Below, one piece after another: positions 27,288 through 36,091 of a stretch of DNA of 64,000 nucleotides. Under the pieces are notes generated by a model that was given only the letters and a program-made list of their open reading frames with translations, searched no databases and was not told the DNA's origin. This DNA is from Candidatus Bilamarchaeum dharawalense (GTDB taxonomy: Archaea; Micrarchaeota; Micrarchaeia; Anstonellales; Bilamarchaeaceae), in contig CABMJJ010000001.1 in NCBI GenBank assembly GCA_902386555.1, forward strand, positions 5,381-69,380, read 5' to 3'. Each line of letters begins with the position of its first letter. The stretch's first letter is position 1. A program made the translations under genes and the position numbers.

Positions 27288-28870
27288 CCGAACATTCCAT
27301 CTTTTACAATGGATGTTCCTTTTCTTACTTTTAGTATTTCCCTATGAAGATCTGGGTAAAATTCAACAAGTTCTTGTTCACTGATCATTTTTGTTGCACT
27401 ATTATACCATTCCAGAAGGTCGGATCGTTCTTTTTTCAGTGATAGTTCCAACATGGTATTGTTAACTGGAACGGCACTATCCTTTGCACATGCTTTTTCA
27501 AATGCTACGCCAGAGGCTTCTTCACACACGGATTTTATGTCGGTAACTGAAAAATTTTCAGTTTGTGCAGCCAATTTTTTTATGGCAACTTTTTTGTCAA
27601 CAGGTACTGATTCAAGATAAAGTTTGAAAAGAAGTTCTCGAATTTGTTTGTCGGGGGGTGGGATGTAAACGAATCGACCCAATCGCCCACTGCGTTTTAG
27701 GGCATCATCAACGTACCAAGGAGCGTTTGTTGCACCAACAACAAGTATTTCCTCCTTGTTCTCACTAATATCGTTTATTTCCATTAAAATCTGGTTTACT
27801 GCAGTGTCAAGATATTGATACTCTCCCTTTCTTTTGCCGCCCAACCCATCAATTTCATCAATAAAAAGAATGCAGGGTTTATTCTGGCGGGCTGCCTTGA
27901 ACATATTGGCAATATTTTTTTCAGTATTCCCTAGCCATTTATCGAATACACCACTTATTTTGATTTTTATTATTTTCACCTTGGCTTCACCAGCTAACGC
28001 AGAACAGAAATAGGTTTTTCCACATCCGGGTGGTCCGTATAACAAAATACCCCCACCGAAATGTTTATTGTATTTTTTTGCTATTTCTGGTTTTTGTAGA
28101 GGTAAAAGAAGATTTGCTTGACACCATTTTTTCAAATCATCAAGACCAACAATGTCCTTAAAACTGGTGTGCGAAACTTCAGGCTTGAAGACAGTGAGAC
28201 CCTCATCGTCACCACCAATTCGCAATGATTTGAGTCTGTTTTTTGCAAACTCGTAATTTTTATCTAATTCAACTGCTTTTTCATAATTGGCTACAGCTTC
28301 ATCAAGTTTTTTCATAGCCTCGTAAATTTCAGCCTTAACCGAATAGGCGATAGCATCAGATGGGGTTAGTGAAATTGCTTTGTCAATTGTTTCCAGTGCT
28401 TTTGGATATTCCTTCCGATTTTTGTAGCAGACAGCCATATTACGATAGGTGAGACTATAATTTGGGTTTAACTTAAGTGCTCTTTCAAAGTAGGCGAACT
28501 CCTGAATATGATCGCCCTTGGAACAGTAGGCAAGACCAATGTTATTGTAGGCGCTTGGCTCGTCTGGTTTTAATTCAACATATTTTTTATAGTCCGCAAG
28601 TGCCTTGTCATTTTCGCCAAGTTCAGCATAATTAAAAGCTCTCCTAAAAAAATAGCGCGGATTGGGTACTTTCCCAGCAAGTTGAAAAACGTCTATCACA
28701 TAGGTGTAGATCAAAACTGCATCTGCTCGTTTGTCTTGATCGTCAAGTGCAGAACCATCCTGGATACCACGCAGATCAAAAAATTCGAGTTTGTTTGATA
28801 GATCGGGTGGCGTTTTGCCTGATTTTAATAAGGAAATATAGTCTTCAAGTTCTTTTTGTAAGTCACTCAT
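27284..28870 (-). CDS. TPR-repeat / AAA+ ATPase fusion protein
   Basis: N-terminal half has four or more TPR units (AYNNIGLAYCSKGD..A..YFERALKLNPN, etc.). The C-terminal half has Walker A ILLYGPPGCGKT, Walker B ILFIDEIDGLG, and GATNAPWYVDDALKRSGRLGRFVYIPPPD. Confidence 0.85.
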   Translation of the reverse strand: MSDLQKELEDYISLLKSGKTPPDLSNKLEFFDLRGIQDGSALDDQDKRADAVLIYTYVIDVFQLAGKVPNPRYFFRRAFNYAELGENDKALADYKKYVELKPDEPSAYNNIGLAYCSKGDHIQEFAYFERALKLNPNYSLTYRNMAVCYKNRKEYPKALETIDKAISLTPSDAIAYSVKAEIYEAMKKLDEAVANYEKAVELDKNYEFAKNRLKSLRIGGDDEGLTVFKPEVSHTSFKDIVGLDDLKKWCQANLLLPLQKPEIAKKYNKHFGGGILLYGPPGCGKTYFCSALAGEAKVKIIKIKISGVFDKWLGNTEKNIANMFKAARQNKPCILFIDEIDGLGGKRKGEYQYLDTAVNQILMEINDISENKEEILVVGATNAPWYVDDALKRSGRLGRFVYIPPPDKQIRELLFKLYLESVPVDKKVAIKKLAAQTENFSVTDIKSVCEEASGVAFEKACAKDSAVPVNNTMLELSLKKERSDLLEWYNSATKMISEQELVEFYPDLHREILKVRKGTSIVKDGMFG

Positions 28871-28909
28871 GACAGTTTAACTTAGTTAAAGTTTAAATTT
28901 TTGATTTAT

Positions 28910-29377
28910 TTACAGTACGAGCACAAGGGACTTCTTCCTAAAACCTTGAGAGGCATACCAGGAAATAGCTGCTTCGTTCGTAATATAGGGAGAAACTTCG
29001 ATTTCTCTAATATTTCTGGTTTTTTTTATTGCCATTAACTTCTCAAGAAGACTTTTACCTACACCGTGTTTTCTATAATCCGATGAAACATAGAGATAAT
29101 TGATTCGAATAATTTTCTGAACCTCATAGATGGATGGTCTGCAACACTCTTCAAAATCACAAAAACCAGCAAGTTTATCTTGTTCGCAGGCCACAAGAAG
29201 CTCCTGGTTGGGAATCTTAATATCATTAAAACAAGCACGAAGATTTTGCCTAGCAGTTCTAGCAAGTTTAAGGTCTTTGCCAGCTTTTAGTTTTTTTATA
29301 TGATAATTATGAAGTTCCATCCAATGTCGCAATAACTGATCAATATCTGTTTTCTTCGCATATCTAATGGTTATCAT
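28910..29377 (-). CDS. GNAT family N-acetyltransferase
   Basis: LYVSSDYRKHGVGKSLLEKL (motif A). ATG 29377. Confidence 0.8.
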   Translation of the reverse strand: MITIRYAKKTDIDQLLRHWMELHNYHIKKLKAGKDLKLARTARQNLRACFNDIKIPNQELLVACEQDKLAGFCDFEECCRPSIYEVQKIIRINYLYVSSDYRKHGVGKSLLEKLMAIKKTRNIREIEVSPYITNEAAISWYASQGFRKKSLVLVL

Positions 29378-29408
29378 CAAAGAGATATGCTCCGGAAATA
29401 TATAAAAA

Positions 29409-30569
29409 TTAAAGTCCTGCTTCTTTTCTTAGGGTACTTGCAAGATCAGTTTTTTCCCACGTGAAATCAGGATCATCACGACCAAAATGACCATAGGCTG
29501 CTGCTTTACGATAAATGGGTCGAAGTAGGTTGAGTCGTTTTATCATTTCTACAGGTTTGAAAGAAAAGTGTTTCAATATCAATTCTTCGATTTTCTCAAC
29601 TGGAATCTTGTTGGTCCCTCGAGTATCAATAAAGATGGATAGTGGCTTGGCAACTCCAATGACATAGGAGATCTGAACTTCACATTGATCAGCCAAACCA
29701 GCAGCAACGATATTTTTTGCAACATATCGCGCCATGTAGGCACCAGAACGATCAACCTTGGATGGATCCTTACCAGAGAAACAACCACCACCATGATGTC
29801 CTCGGCCACCGTAGGTATCAACAATTATTTTTCTACCAGTAACACCAGTATCACCTGCAGGACCACCGATTACGAATTTACCTGTACCATTTACGTGGAT
29901 TATTGTTTTGGCATCTAATAATTTTCCACAAACTGGTTTGATGACAGTTTCGATAACATCTTTTTTGATTTGATCCTGTTCAACGTTTGGATCATGTTGA
30001 GCTGCGATCACAACAGTATGAACACGAATTGGCTTATGGTCAACATATTCGACAGTAACCTGGGTTTTACCATCTGGTCTCAGATAGGGTACAATTTTCT
30101 TTTTACGTACCTCACTTAATCTGGATGCAAGTTTGTGAGCTAGGGTTATTGGCAGTGGCATTAATTCTGGAGTTTCATTGTTCGCATAACCAAACATTAT
30201 ACCCTGATCTCCTGCACCCTGTTCATGTTCTTTACCTTCGTTAACACCTTGGGCAATATCTGGTGATTGGGCGTGAATGGAAACCAAAACACCGCAGGAT
30301 TGATAATCAAACTGATACTCCGGGGAGGTATATCCAATGTCACGAATAACATTCCTGGCAATTTGCTGTATTTCAGCATAGCCTTTGGTGGATATCTCAC
30401 CCATAACAACAACAAGACCAGTTGTCACCGCAGTTTCAACAGCAACACGTGATTTGGGATCTTGTTTGATAAGCTCGTCTAGAACGGCATCGGAAATTTG
30501 ATCGCAAATCTTATCCGGATGTCCTTCGGTTACAGATTCAGAACTAAATAGATAATTTTTAGATGACAT
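29409..30569 (-). CDS. metK: S-adenosylmethionine synthetase, bacterial/eukaryotic type
   Basis: [57 protein letters not shown]. Confidence 0.92.
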   Translation of the reverse strand: MSSKNYLFSSESVTEGHPDKICDQISDAVLDELIKQDPKSRVAVETAVTTGLVVVMGEISTKGYAEIQQIARNVIRDIGYTSPEYQFDYQSCGVLVSIHAQSPDIAQGVNEGKEHEQGAGDQGIMFGYANNETPELMPLPITLAHKLASRLSEVRKKKIVPYLRPDGKTQVTVEYVDHKPIRVHTVVIAAQHDPNVEQDQIKKDVIETVIKPVCGKLLDAKTIIHVNGTGKFVIGGPAGDTGVTGRKIIVDTYGGRGHHGGGCFSGKDPSKVDRSGAYMARYVAKNIVAAGLADQCEVQISYVIGVAKPLSIFIDTRGTNKIPVEKIEELILKHFSFKPVEMIKRLNLLRPIYRKAAAYGHFGRDDPDFTWEKTDLASTLRKEAGL

Positions 30570-30610
30570 ATAAATCAGGCATAACTCTAAAAGGAAGAAA
30601 ATAAAAATAG

Positions 30611-31024
30611 TTATTTGGCTTTTTGTTTGGAGGCCATATCGTCCAAATAGTCAGCATAGATCTTCATGGCAACCCGCGTGGCCAATTCTCTATTTTTAAA
30701 ATTTTGATGCATGACTTCGAGCTTGTAGATTATTGCGTATTTTACTGAGTTCTCACTCTTCCCGGCATAACCTTTTGTCTCGTAGGTACTAATTTGGCCA
30801 AGGTCCTTGGTGTCATACATGACATTGTAGCCACCATCTCCAGTTCTCTTGAAACTGATCTTTTTCTCTTCATCATCAACTTTAATCAGTTCCCATTTTT
30901 CCGGTGCACGAATTTTCTTTGCAACAAAGGCACCGGCCAGGTCACCCAATTTACGTATAAATCCGCCAAGCATACTACCCAGAGACTGAACAATCCAACC
31001 AACAAAACCATCAATTAAACCCAT
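30611..31024 (-). CDS. protein of unknown function with GQIS-YET/MH-x2-FKN C-terminal domain (paralog B)
   Basis: 137 aa. The N-terminus [33 protein letters not shown] is Gly/Ala-rich and amphipathic. C-terminus: [28 protein letters not shown]...[11 protein letters not shown]...IYADYLDD. Confidence 0.65.
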   Translation of the reverse strand: MGLIDGFVGWIVQSLGSMLGGFIRKLGDLAGAFVAKKIRAPEKWELIKVDDEEKKISFKRTGDGGYNVMYDTKDLGQISTYETKGYAGKSENSVKYAIIYKLEVMHQNFKNRELATRVAMKIYADYLDDMASKQKAK

Positions 31025-31028
31025 AGAA

Positions 31029-31421
31029 TCATTCCTTTATTCCCATATCATCAACAAGTTTTTCACTGAACTTTTTTGATAGATCGCGATTCTTAAAAGA
31101 TGGATGCATGGGTGTAAGATTGTAGTAAAGGGCACTGATTGCATCAAGCCGTTTTTTCAATTTAATATTTGTCACTTCACGGGCATTGAGAGCGCCAATT
31201 TGCCTCCCTTCATAATTTATCTTATAGCCACCATCGGGTTGTTTGTCAAAACCAAGTTTCTTTAATTCAGCATCAACATTTACTGCTGCCTCTCTGACCT
31301 GATTGTCAATGGTTTTAGATACTGCACTTCCAGCTTCAGAACCTGCTTTTCTTACGGCTCCGCTAACTGTGGTGCTAACTGCGCTTTTTGCACTTCCGAC
31401 GATGCTATCAAGAATACCCAT
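31029..31421 (-). CDS. protein of unknown function with related C-terminal domain (paralog C)
   Basis: 130 aa. N-terminus MGILDSIVGSAKSAVSTTVSGAVRKAGSEAGSAV. C-terminus GGYKINYEGRQIGALNAREV...MHPSFKNRDLS. It lies 4 nt upstream of paralog B. Confidence 0.65.
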   Translation of the reverse strand: MGILDSIVGSAKSAVSTTVSGAVRKAGSEAGSAVSKTIDNQVREAAVNVDAELKKLGFDKQPDGGYKINYEGRQIGALNAREVTNIKLKKRLDAISALYYNLTPMHPSFKNRDLSKKFSEKLVDDMGIKE

Positions 31422-31456
31422 AGATTCACCTGTAGATGACGTATCCTAATGAATAT

Positions 31457-31993
31457 TTAAAACAGTTTAGATAGTTTTTTCGCCTCTTTAATTGAATATT
31501 TGAGAAAACCAATGAAGCTACCCCCACCTTTACCATTCCATTTTTCTACCATTAGTCGGTAGGCCATGACCTCTTTCTCATATTGCTTCAAATCAGCAAG
31601 GTATTGTTTCTTTTCCATGGCTTCTGGAATCCAACTGGAGGGACACACACGGGATTTCATTTCGCTGAATTTTCCATTTTTTAGACAGAACGGGTAGGTA
31701 CGACAAAGCATTGGTCGATCTTCATAGATATTACAACCAGAACCAGAATAGAACATACAGATAAGTTCTTTTTTCCATTTTAATACCATCAAAAATTTCC
31801 CGGTATCAACAATAACTGCAGGTTCGGTTCGTTCGCGATTTGGAGGTTCTGGAATAAATTGAACAATATCCTCAGGTTTTAATCCAATGGCTTTGCTGAT
31901 GCGTAGTAAATCAAAGGGAGTGACACAAACTCCGAAACTTGTACAACATTTGCCACTTTGTAGACAGGAACCCACAACTAAACTAAACAACAA
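31457..31993 (-). CDS. YkgJ-family Cys-cluster (CxxCxxCC) protein
   Basis: CLQSGKCCTSFGVCVTPFDLLRISKAIGL ... GCNIYEDRPMLCRTYPF. Non-ATG (TTG) start in the ORF track. Confidence 0.7.
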   Translation of the reverse strand: MLFSLVVGSCLQSGKCCTSFGVCVTPFDLLRISKAIGLKPEDIVQFIPEPPNRERTEPAVIVDTGKFLMVLKWKKELICMFYSGSGCNIYEDRPMLCRTYPFCLKNGKFSEMKSRVCPSSWIPEAMEKKQYLADLKQYEKEVMAYRLMVEKWNGKGGGSFIGFLKYSIKEAKKLSKLF

Positions 31994-32028
31994 ATAATTA
32001 AATGTGTATCAAACAAGCAGAGTGACAT

Positions 32029-32901
32029 ATGGAAGATAAAGATTTCAAGGATTGGCTGTCCAGCTACACGGATTATGATAAATGTTGCTCAGCATTCCAA
32101 AATCAAAAAGAATTCTTTCGAGTCAATACGATCAAAAACAGCGTGGAACAGTTCCAGGGAAATACTAAACTCAAAGTGAAACAAAGCGAGTATTACAATG
32201 CTGCCTTTGAACTTGAAGAGAAAATTCAAATAGGTAAGACCTGGGAATACTTTCTTGGTCTTATTTACCCCCAAAGCCTTTCGTCCATCCTTGTATCACT
32301 GGCAATGAAACCAGAGGTGGATGATGTTGTACTGGATGTGGCAGCTTCGCCAGGATCTAAATTTTCCCATATGGCAATGTTGATGAAAAATAGAGGAGTT
32401 TTGGTTGGGAATGATTTATCCCCGGAAAAAATTTCTGCGCTTTATGCTACCATAAACCGGCTGAATTTACTTAACTGCATAGTCACCATGCACAATGGGG
32501 CGACGCTCAATTGGAAATCCCGATTCACAAAAATTCTTCTTGACGCTCCATGCACGGCTCTGGGCAGCGGAGCAGGTGCATCAACAAGATGGGAATTGGA
32601 TCATTCACAGAAAATTTCTTCATTGCAAAAAAGAATGCTTTTCTCAGCCTTTGATGCTCTTAGACCTGGAGGAGAAATTGTATATTCTACCTGCACCTAT
32701 GCCAAAGAAGAAAACGAAGAGGTTATTGCCAATCTGTTGAACAATGTCCATGGGGTTAAGCTCATGGAAGTCGGATTGGAAATACCTCATGAATCAGGAC
32801 TAAGCGAGTATGGTAATGAATTCAAAAAATGTTATCGTATTTATCCGCAGCATTTGCAAAGTGAAGGTTTCTTTATAGCACGATTAAAAAAAGGGGAATA
32901 A
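32029..32901 (+). CDS. NOL1/NOP2/Sun-family RNA cytosine-C5 methyltransferase (copy 2)
   Basis: DVAASPGSKFSHMA, LLDAPCTALGSGA, VYSTCTY, GFFIARL. Confidence 0.85.
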   Translation: MEDKDFKDWLSSYTDYDKCCSAFQNQKEFFRVNTIKNSVEQFQGNTKLKVKQSEYYNAAFELEEKIQIGKTWEYFLGLIYPQSLSSILVSLAMKPEVDDVVLDVAASPGSKFSHMAMLMKNRGVLVGNDLSPEKISALYATINRLNLLNCIVTMHNGATLNWKSRFTKILLDAPCTALGSGAGASTRWELDHSQKISSLQKRMLFSAFDALRPGGEIVYSTCTYAKEENEEVIANLLNNVHGVKLMEVGLEIPHESGLSEYGNEFKKCYRIYPQHLQSEGFFIARLKKGE

Positions 32902-33336
32902 ATGACATTCATAGCCAACAAACAAAAAAATTTTGAAAAATACCTGGAAAACCAGTTTGGGATTAGACTGCCAGAAGGCACCGAATTATTCTATGCAGAT
33001 GGTGTGAGAGTTGGAAATAGGGAGATACAAAAAAGTCCCATCTATGGGGACCGGGGTTATGCTGCCTGCGATGATGGTTTTAATCCAACCAATTCGATGA
33101 TCCAAAATTTCGGACATCTTGCGACTAAGAATGTTATTGAGATCAAGGATCAACGAACTGCCCAGGGGTTTGCCTTTGGAAAGGGAATACGGATGGATCT
33201 CGGTACGAAAGCAAGATATGTAATTCTGAAATATGCTAACCAAATAATCGGTTTGGGCTATTATGATGCAACTGAGAAGAAAATTAAAAATAAAATACCA
33301 GAAAAAAGAAGAAGGAACATCGTAAACAATTTGTGA
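32902..33336 (+). CDS. PUA-like RNA-binding partner (copy 2)
   Basis: ATG directly abuts the upstream TAA. 144 aa. YVILKYANQIIGLGYYD parallels GYVLIKYGDIPLGCGFLKG of 11242..11721. Also shared: FG(F/I), PT(T)N..Q(I/N)FG, TKN(Y/V)I.I. Confidence 0.55.
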   Translation: MTFIANKQKNFEKYLENQFGIRLPEGTELFYADGVRVGNREIQKSPIYGDRGYAACDDGFNPTNSMIQNFGHLATKNVIEIKDQRTAQGFAFGKGIRMDLGTKARYVILKYANQIIGLGYYDATEKKIKNKIPEKRRRNIVNNL

Positions 33337-33342
33337 TTTTGG

Positions 33343-33897
33343 ATGGATGTTTTTACAATTAGTCTGATTGCCCTGGGGCTTTCTGCCGATGCATTTGCAG
33401 TTGCAGTTGCAAGAAGTTTGGCTGACAAAAAAATGAAGTTTAGCACCTCGTTAACAATTGCAGCGTATTTTGGAATATTCCAGGGTATAATGCCAATTAT
33501 TGGATGGTACCTTGGCCTTACAGTATTAGTTTTTGTCTCTGGGATAGATCACTGGATAGCCTTTCTTCTCCTTTTGTTTGTTGGAGGGAAAATGATATAC
33601 GAATCACGTTTGTTAGAGAAAAAGGTAGATAGATTAGATCAAAAAACTCTTCTCATGTTATCCGTTGCAACAAGCATCGATGCATTGGCCATAGGCCTAT
33701 CATTCTCATTATTAAAAGTGATGATTATCGAAGCAGCGGCAATAATTGGTTTGATCACATTTTTCGTTTCTTTGGCTGGTTGCTACCTGGGAAAAAAGTT
33801 TGGACATTTGTTGGAAAACAAGGTAGAGATTTTAGGCGGACTTATACTAATTGGAATTGGACTGAAGATACTTCTTGAACATTTAGGATTTTTTTGA
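33343..33897 (+). CDS. mntP: manganese efflux pump MntP (DUF204)
   Basis: ISLIALGLSADAFAVAVA and SVATSIDALAIGLSF: the duplicated DUF204 motif. Six TM segments. Confidence 0.85.
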   Translation: MDVFTISLIALGLSADAFAVAVARSLADKKMKFSTSLTIAAYFGIFQGIMPIIGWYLGLTVLVFVSGIDHWIAFLLLLFVGGKMIYESRLLEKKVDRLDQKTLLMLSVATSIDALAIGLSFSLLKVMIIEAAAIIGLITFFVSLAGCYLGKKFGHLLENKVEILGGLILIGIGLKILLEHLGFF

Positions 33898-34077
33898 TTT
33901 TTTAATAAGTTTATTATATTCCGATATGGGTAGATTAACAGGTAACCCCTGATAACCGCATTTGCAACTGATTGTTGGTAGCACCGAACCCAGAAGGCTA
34001 ACTACAGCAGTATTACCAAGATAGTCTGCAGCCTCTGCAGGTTTTCTGCATTTTGGACAGAACACAAGTTTAGACAT
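33883..34077 (-). CDS. zinc-ribbon mini-protein
   Basis: From ATG 34077: MSKLVFCPKCRKPAEAADY...ISCKCGYQG.... The ORF-track start at 34137 is less likely. Confidence 0.5.
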   Translation of the reverse strand: MSKLVFCPKCRKPAEAADYLGNTAVVSLLGSVLPTISCKCGYQGLPVNLPISEYNKLIKKSKKS

Positions 34078-34108
34078 GATTATTTGTTTGAAAAAGACAA
34101 AATAAAAA

Positions 34109-34618
34109 TTAGACGCAGGCAACACGCAATGGAACACGTGAGGATTTGGCTTCTTCGTGTCTTCTGAAGGCGGATAAGGTGGTTGTGTGATTACCTCTCA
34201 GACAAAGTTCGGTACAATGTGAAATTGCACTGCTTAACGGACCTTGGAGAGATGGACTCGCACCTTGATGTTCCAATCTTTGGAGAGTGAGAAGGAGAAA
34301 TCGGTCTGCCAGAACCTTAAACGCCACTGCCTTTATTGAATCGCTATGATCGCGTCCAATGATATCAACTACATGATCACCATCGAAAATAGGGGTTTTG
34401 GCATAAAGCTGGAGAGCACGAATCATTATGGCATCGCTCATACCTTTCTGTGTAAGTACAAAATGTACAGTACCATAATCAGTCATATTAGATGCGTGTT
34501 CCATTTTTGCAATTATTGCTTGTTCTATAGGAGCATGGCTGCCATTATGTGCTTGTCTATACATATGCACCAATTCTTGGATTGGACGCATGAATAAATC
34601 TGAGTACAATGAAATCAC
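34109..34618 (-). CDS. hypothetical protein
   Basis: 169-aa ORF. The N-terminal ~115 aa look protein-like. The C-terminal ~50 aa are S/R/H/C-rich and slightly GC-richer (see rejected notes). Confidence 0.4.
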   Translation of the reverse strand: MISLYSDLFMRPIQELVHMYRQAHNGSHAPIEQAIIAKMEHASNMTDYGTVHFVLTQKGMSDAIMIRALQLYAKTPIFDGDHVVDIIGRDHSDSIKAVAFKVLADRFLLLTLQRLEHQGASPSLQGPLSSAISHCTELCLRGNHTTTLSAFRRHEEAKSSRVPLRVACV

Positions 34619-34670
34619 CAGAGTATAAACAATCCCAAATGTTTATAAATATGTGTAAAAGTGTTTAATA

Positions 34671-35285
34671 TTAAACACGTGTATTTTTATAGATAAAAAA
34701 TAGACGTTGTAGGATGGTAATTAGGGATAATAGAATGACCAGCATCAGTGAATAGATGAAAAATTCCAATGAATATGAAATCCCAACCACCAGACCAACA
34801 ATGACAATAATTAATCTTTCACTTCTCTCACATATTCCGCCCAACGCTAATGCTTTTTCTCGTGAGATGATACCCTTATGATCAGCATATGCTCGTACAA
34901 ATGATGGCATGCAGGTTCCTAGGAATATCACCCCGGCTAGCCAGATATTTGCATCTACAAAGATGGTTGGTAAAGGATAGAACATAAGCGAAAATAGGAA
35001 AATTGCCTCCACAAATCGGTCAACAAGTCCATCAATGAATCCGCCTAGATTACTTACCTGATTTCTAGCACGCGCAACTGCACCATCGATCGCATCAACT
35101 GCAGCTGCCAATGCAAAAAAGAGTAGACCCAGGATAAGATCGGATTTTATTGCTATGATATAACCACCAATTATGGCGATAAGCAGTGATAATACTGTCC
35201 ATTGATTGGGTGATAACGGGAGTATGGTAAGGATCGAACCAATCGAGTTCTGTGTGTTTTTTAGTTTCCTATCTTGTTTAAGCAT
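34671..35285 (-). CDS. CDP-alcohol phosphatidyltransferase (archaeal polar-lipid headgroup synthase family)
   Basis: DAIDGAVARARNQVSNLGGFIDGLVDR = D-x2-DG-x2-AR-x8-G-x3-D-x3-D. Multi-TM. Confidence 0.85.
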   Translation of the reverse strand: MLKQDRKLKNTQNSIGSILTILPLSPNQWTVLSLLIAIIGGYIIAIKSDLILGLLFFALAAAVDAIDGAVARARNQVSNLGGFIDGLVDRFVEAIFLFSLMFYPLPTIFVDANIWLAGVIFLGTCMPSFVRAYADHKGIISREKALALGGICERSERLIIVIVGLVVGISYSLEFFIYSLMLVILLSLITILQRLFFIYKNTRV

Positions 35286-35983
35286 TATTTCACCAATTTG
35301 AGTATATTTTCACGACCTTTTTTGATTTTCTTGATACAACCACTTACCTCTAATTCGGTGATAATCAGACTCATTTTAGTTTCTGAAAAACCAAGGATTT
35401 CACGAAGCTCTTTTTGGATCATTCTGCCTTCGTTTTCTCTTAGAATTTTCAATACCACTTGACAGTCATGATCCGGTTCAAATTTTTCTGTTGGTTGTTC
35501 AATTTTTTTCTTTGTAAAAAACCAATAGGCCAGTGCCAAGATCAGAATGAGAATAATTAGAATAGAAAAATATAGCAGATAGGGCGGATCAGAATCTTTT
35601 GTATTGTTGGAATTGCCATCTAGATTAGCATGATTAACTGCAGGTGGTGGTGTGAATCCAGGTGAAAGAGATAGTAGTTCATAGGGTAAAAGAACAAGAT
35701 CGAGTTGTACATTGTTTTGATTTACAAGAACTTTATAATCAGAATAATAGGTAAGAGTTCCATTCTGAAAATGATAGGCCCTGACAGTATAATTGCCAGA
35801 TTCCACATCAATAGAGTAGGGGCTATCGGAAAGTTGTTGGAGTATGATATGACCACCGCTACCTTCAACAGTAACAATGGTGTTGTTTAGTACCTTCATG
35901 CTGTCAGCATCGTATATTTCACCAGAAATAGTGGTAGAATGTAGTAAAGTGAGAGTTAGTATTAGTAATGCGAAAATGCGCAT
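35285..35983 (-). CDS. membrane-tethered winged-helix regulator (extracellular Ig/CarboxypepD_reg-like domain - TM - cytoplasmic wHTH)
   Basis: Signal MRIFALLILTLTLL. TISGEIYD...GNYTVRAYH beta-sandwich-like. TM YLLYFSILIILILILALAYWFF. C-terminal VLKILRENEGRMIQKELREILGFSETKMSLIITELEVSGCIKKIKKGRENIL. Confidence 0.65.
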   Translation of the reverse strand: MRIFALLILTLTLLHSTTISGEIYDADSMKVLNNTIVTVEGSGGHIILQQLSDSPYSIDVESGNYTVRAYHFQNGTLTYYSDYKVLVNQNNVQLDLVLLPYELLSLSPGFTPPPAVNHANLDGNSNNTKDSDPPYLLYFSILIILILILALAYWFFTKKKIEQPTEKFEPDHDCQVVLKILRENEGRMIQKELREILGFSETKMSLIITELEVSGCIKKIKKGRENILKLVK

Positions 35984-36091
35984 TATCTACGAATGAAAAT
36001 TGATATTTTAAATACTATCTAATTTGGTGCTAAAGCTTTTTTGACAGTTTCTATTTAAAGAAACAAAACAAAAGAGTGGTAGGTGAATTAA

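Noticed and set aside
34110-34300. Mildly GC-enriched stretch (about 28/60 per block) with direct repeat TTGGAGAG, considered as a hidden ncRNA
   Set aside because: The enrichment is modest, I saw no convincing long helices or family motifs, and it lies within an uninterrupted ORF (34109..34618). It is kept as the CDS 3' end, with low confidence.
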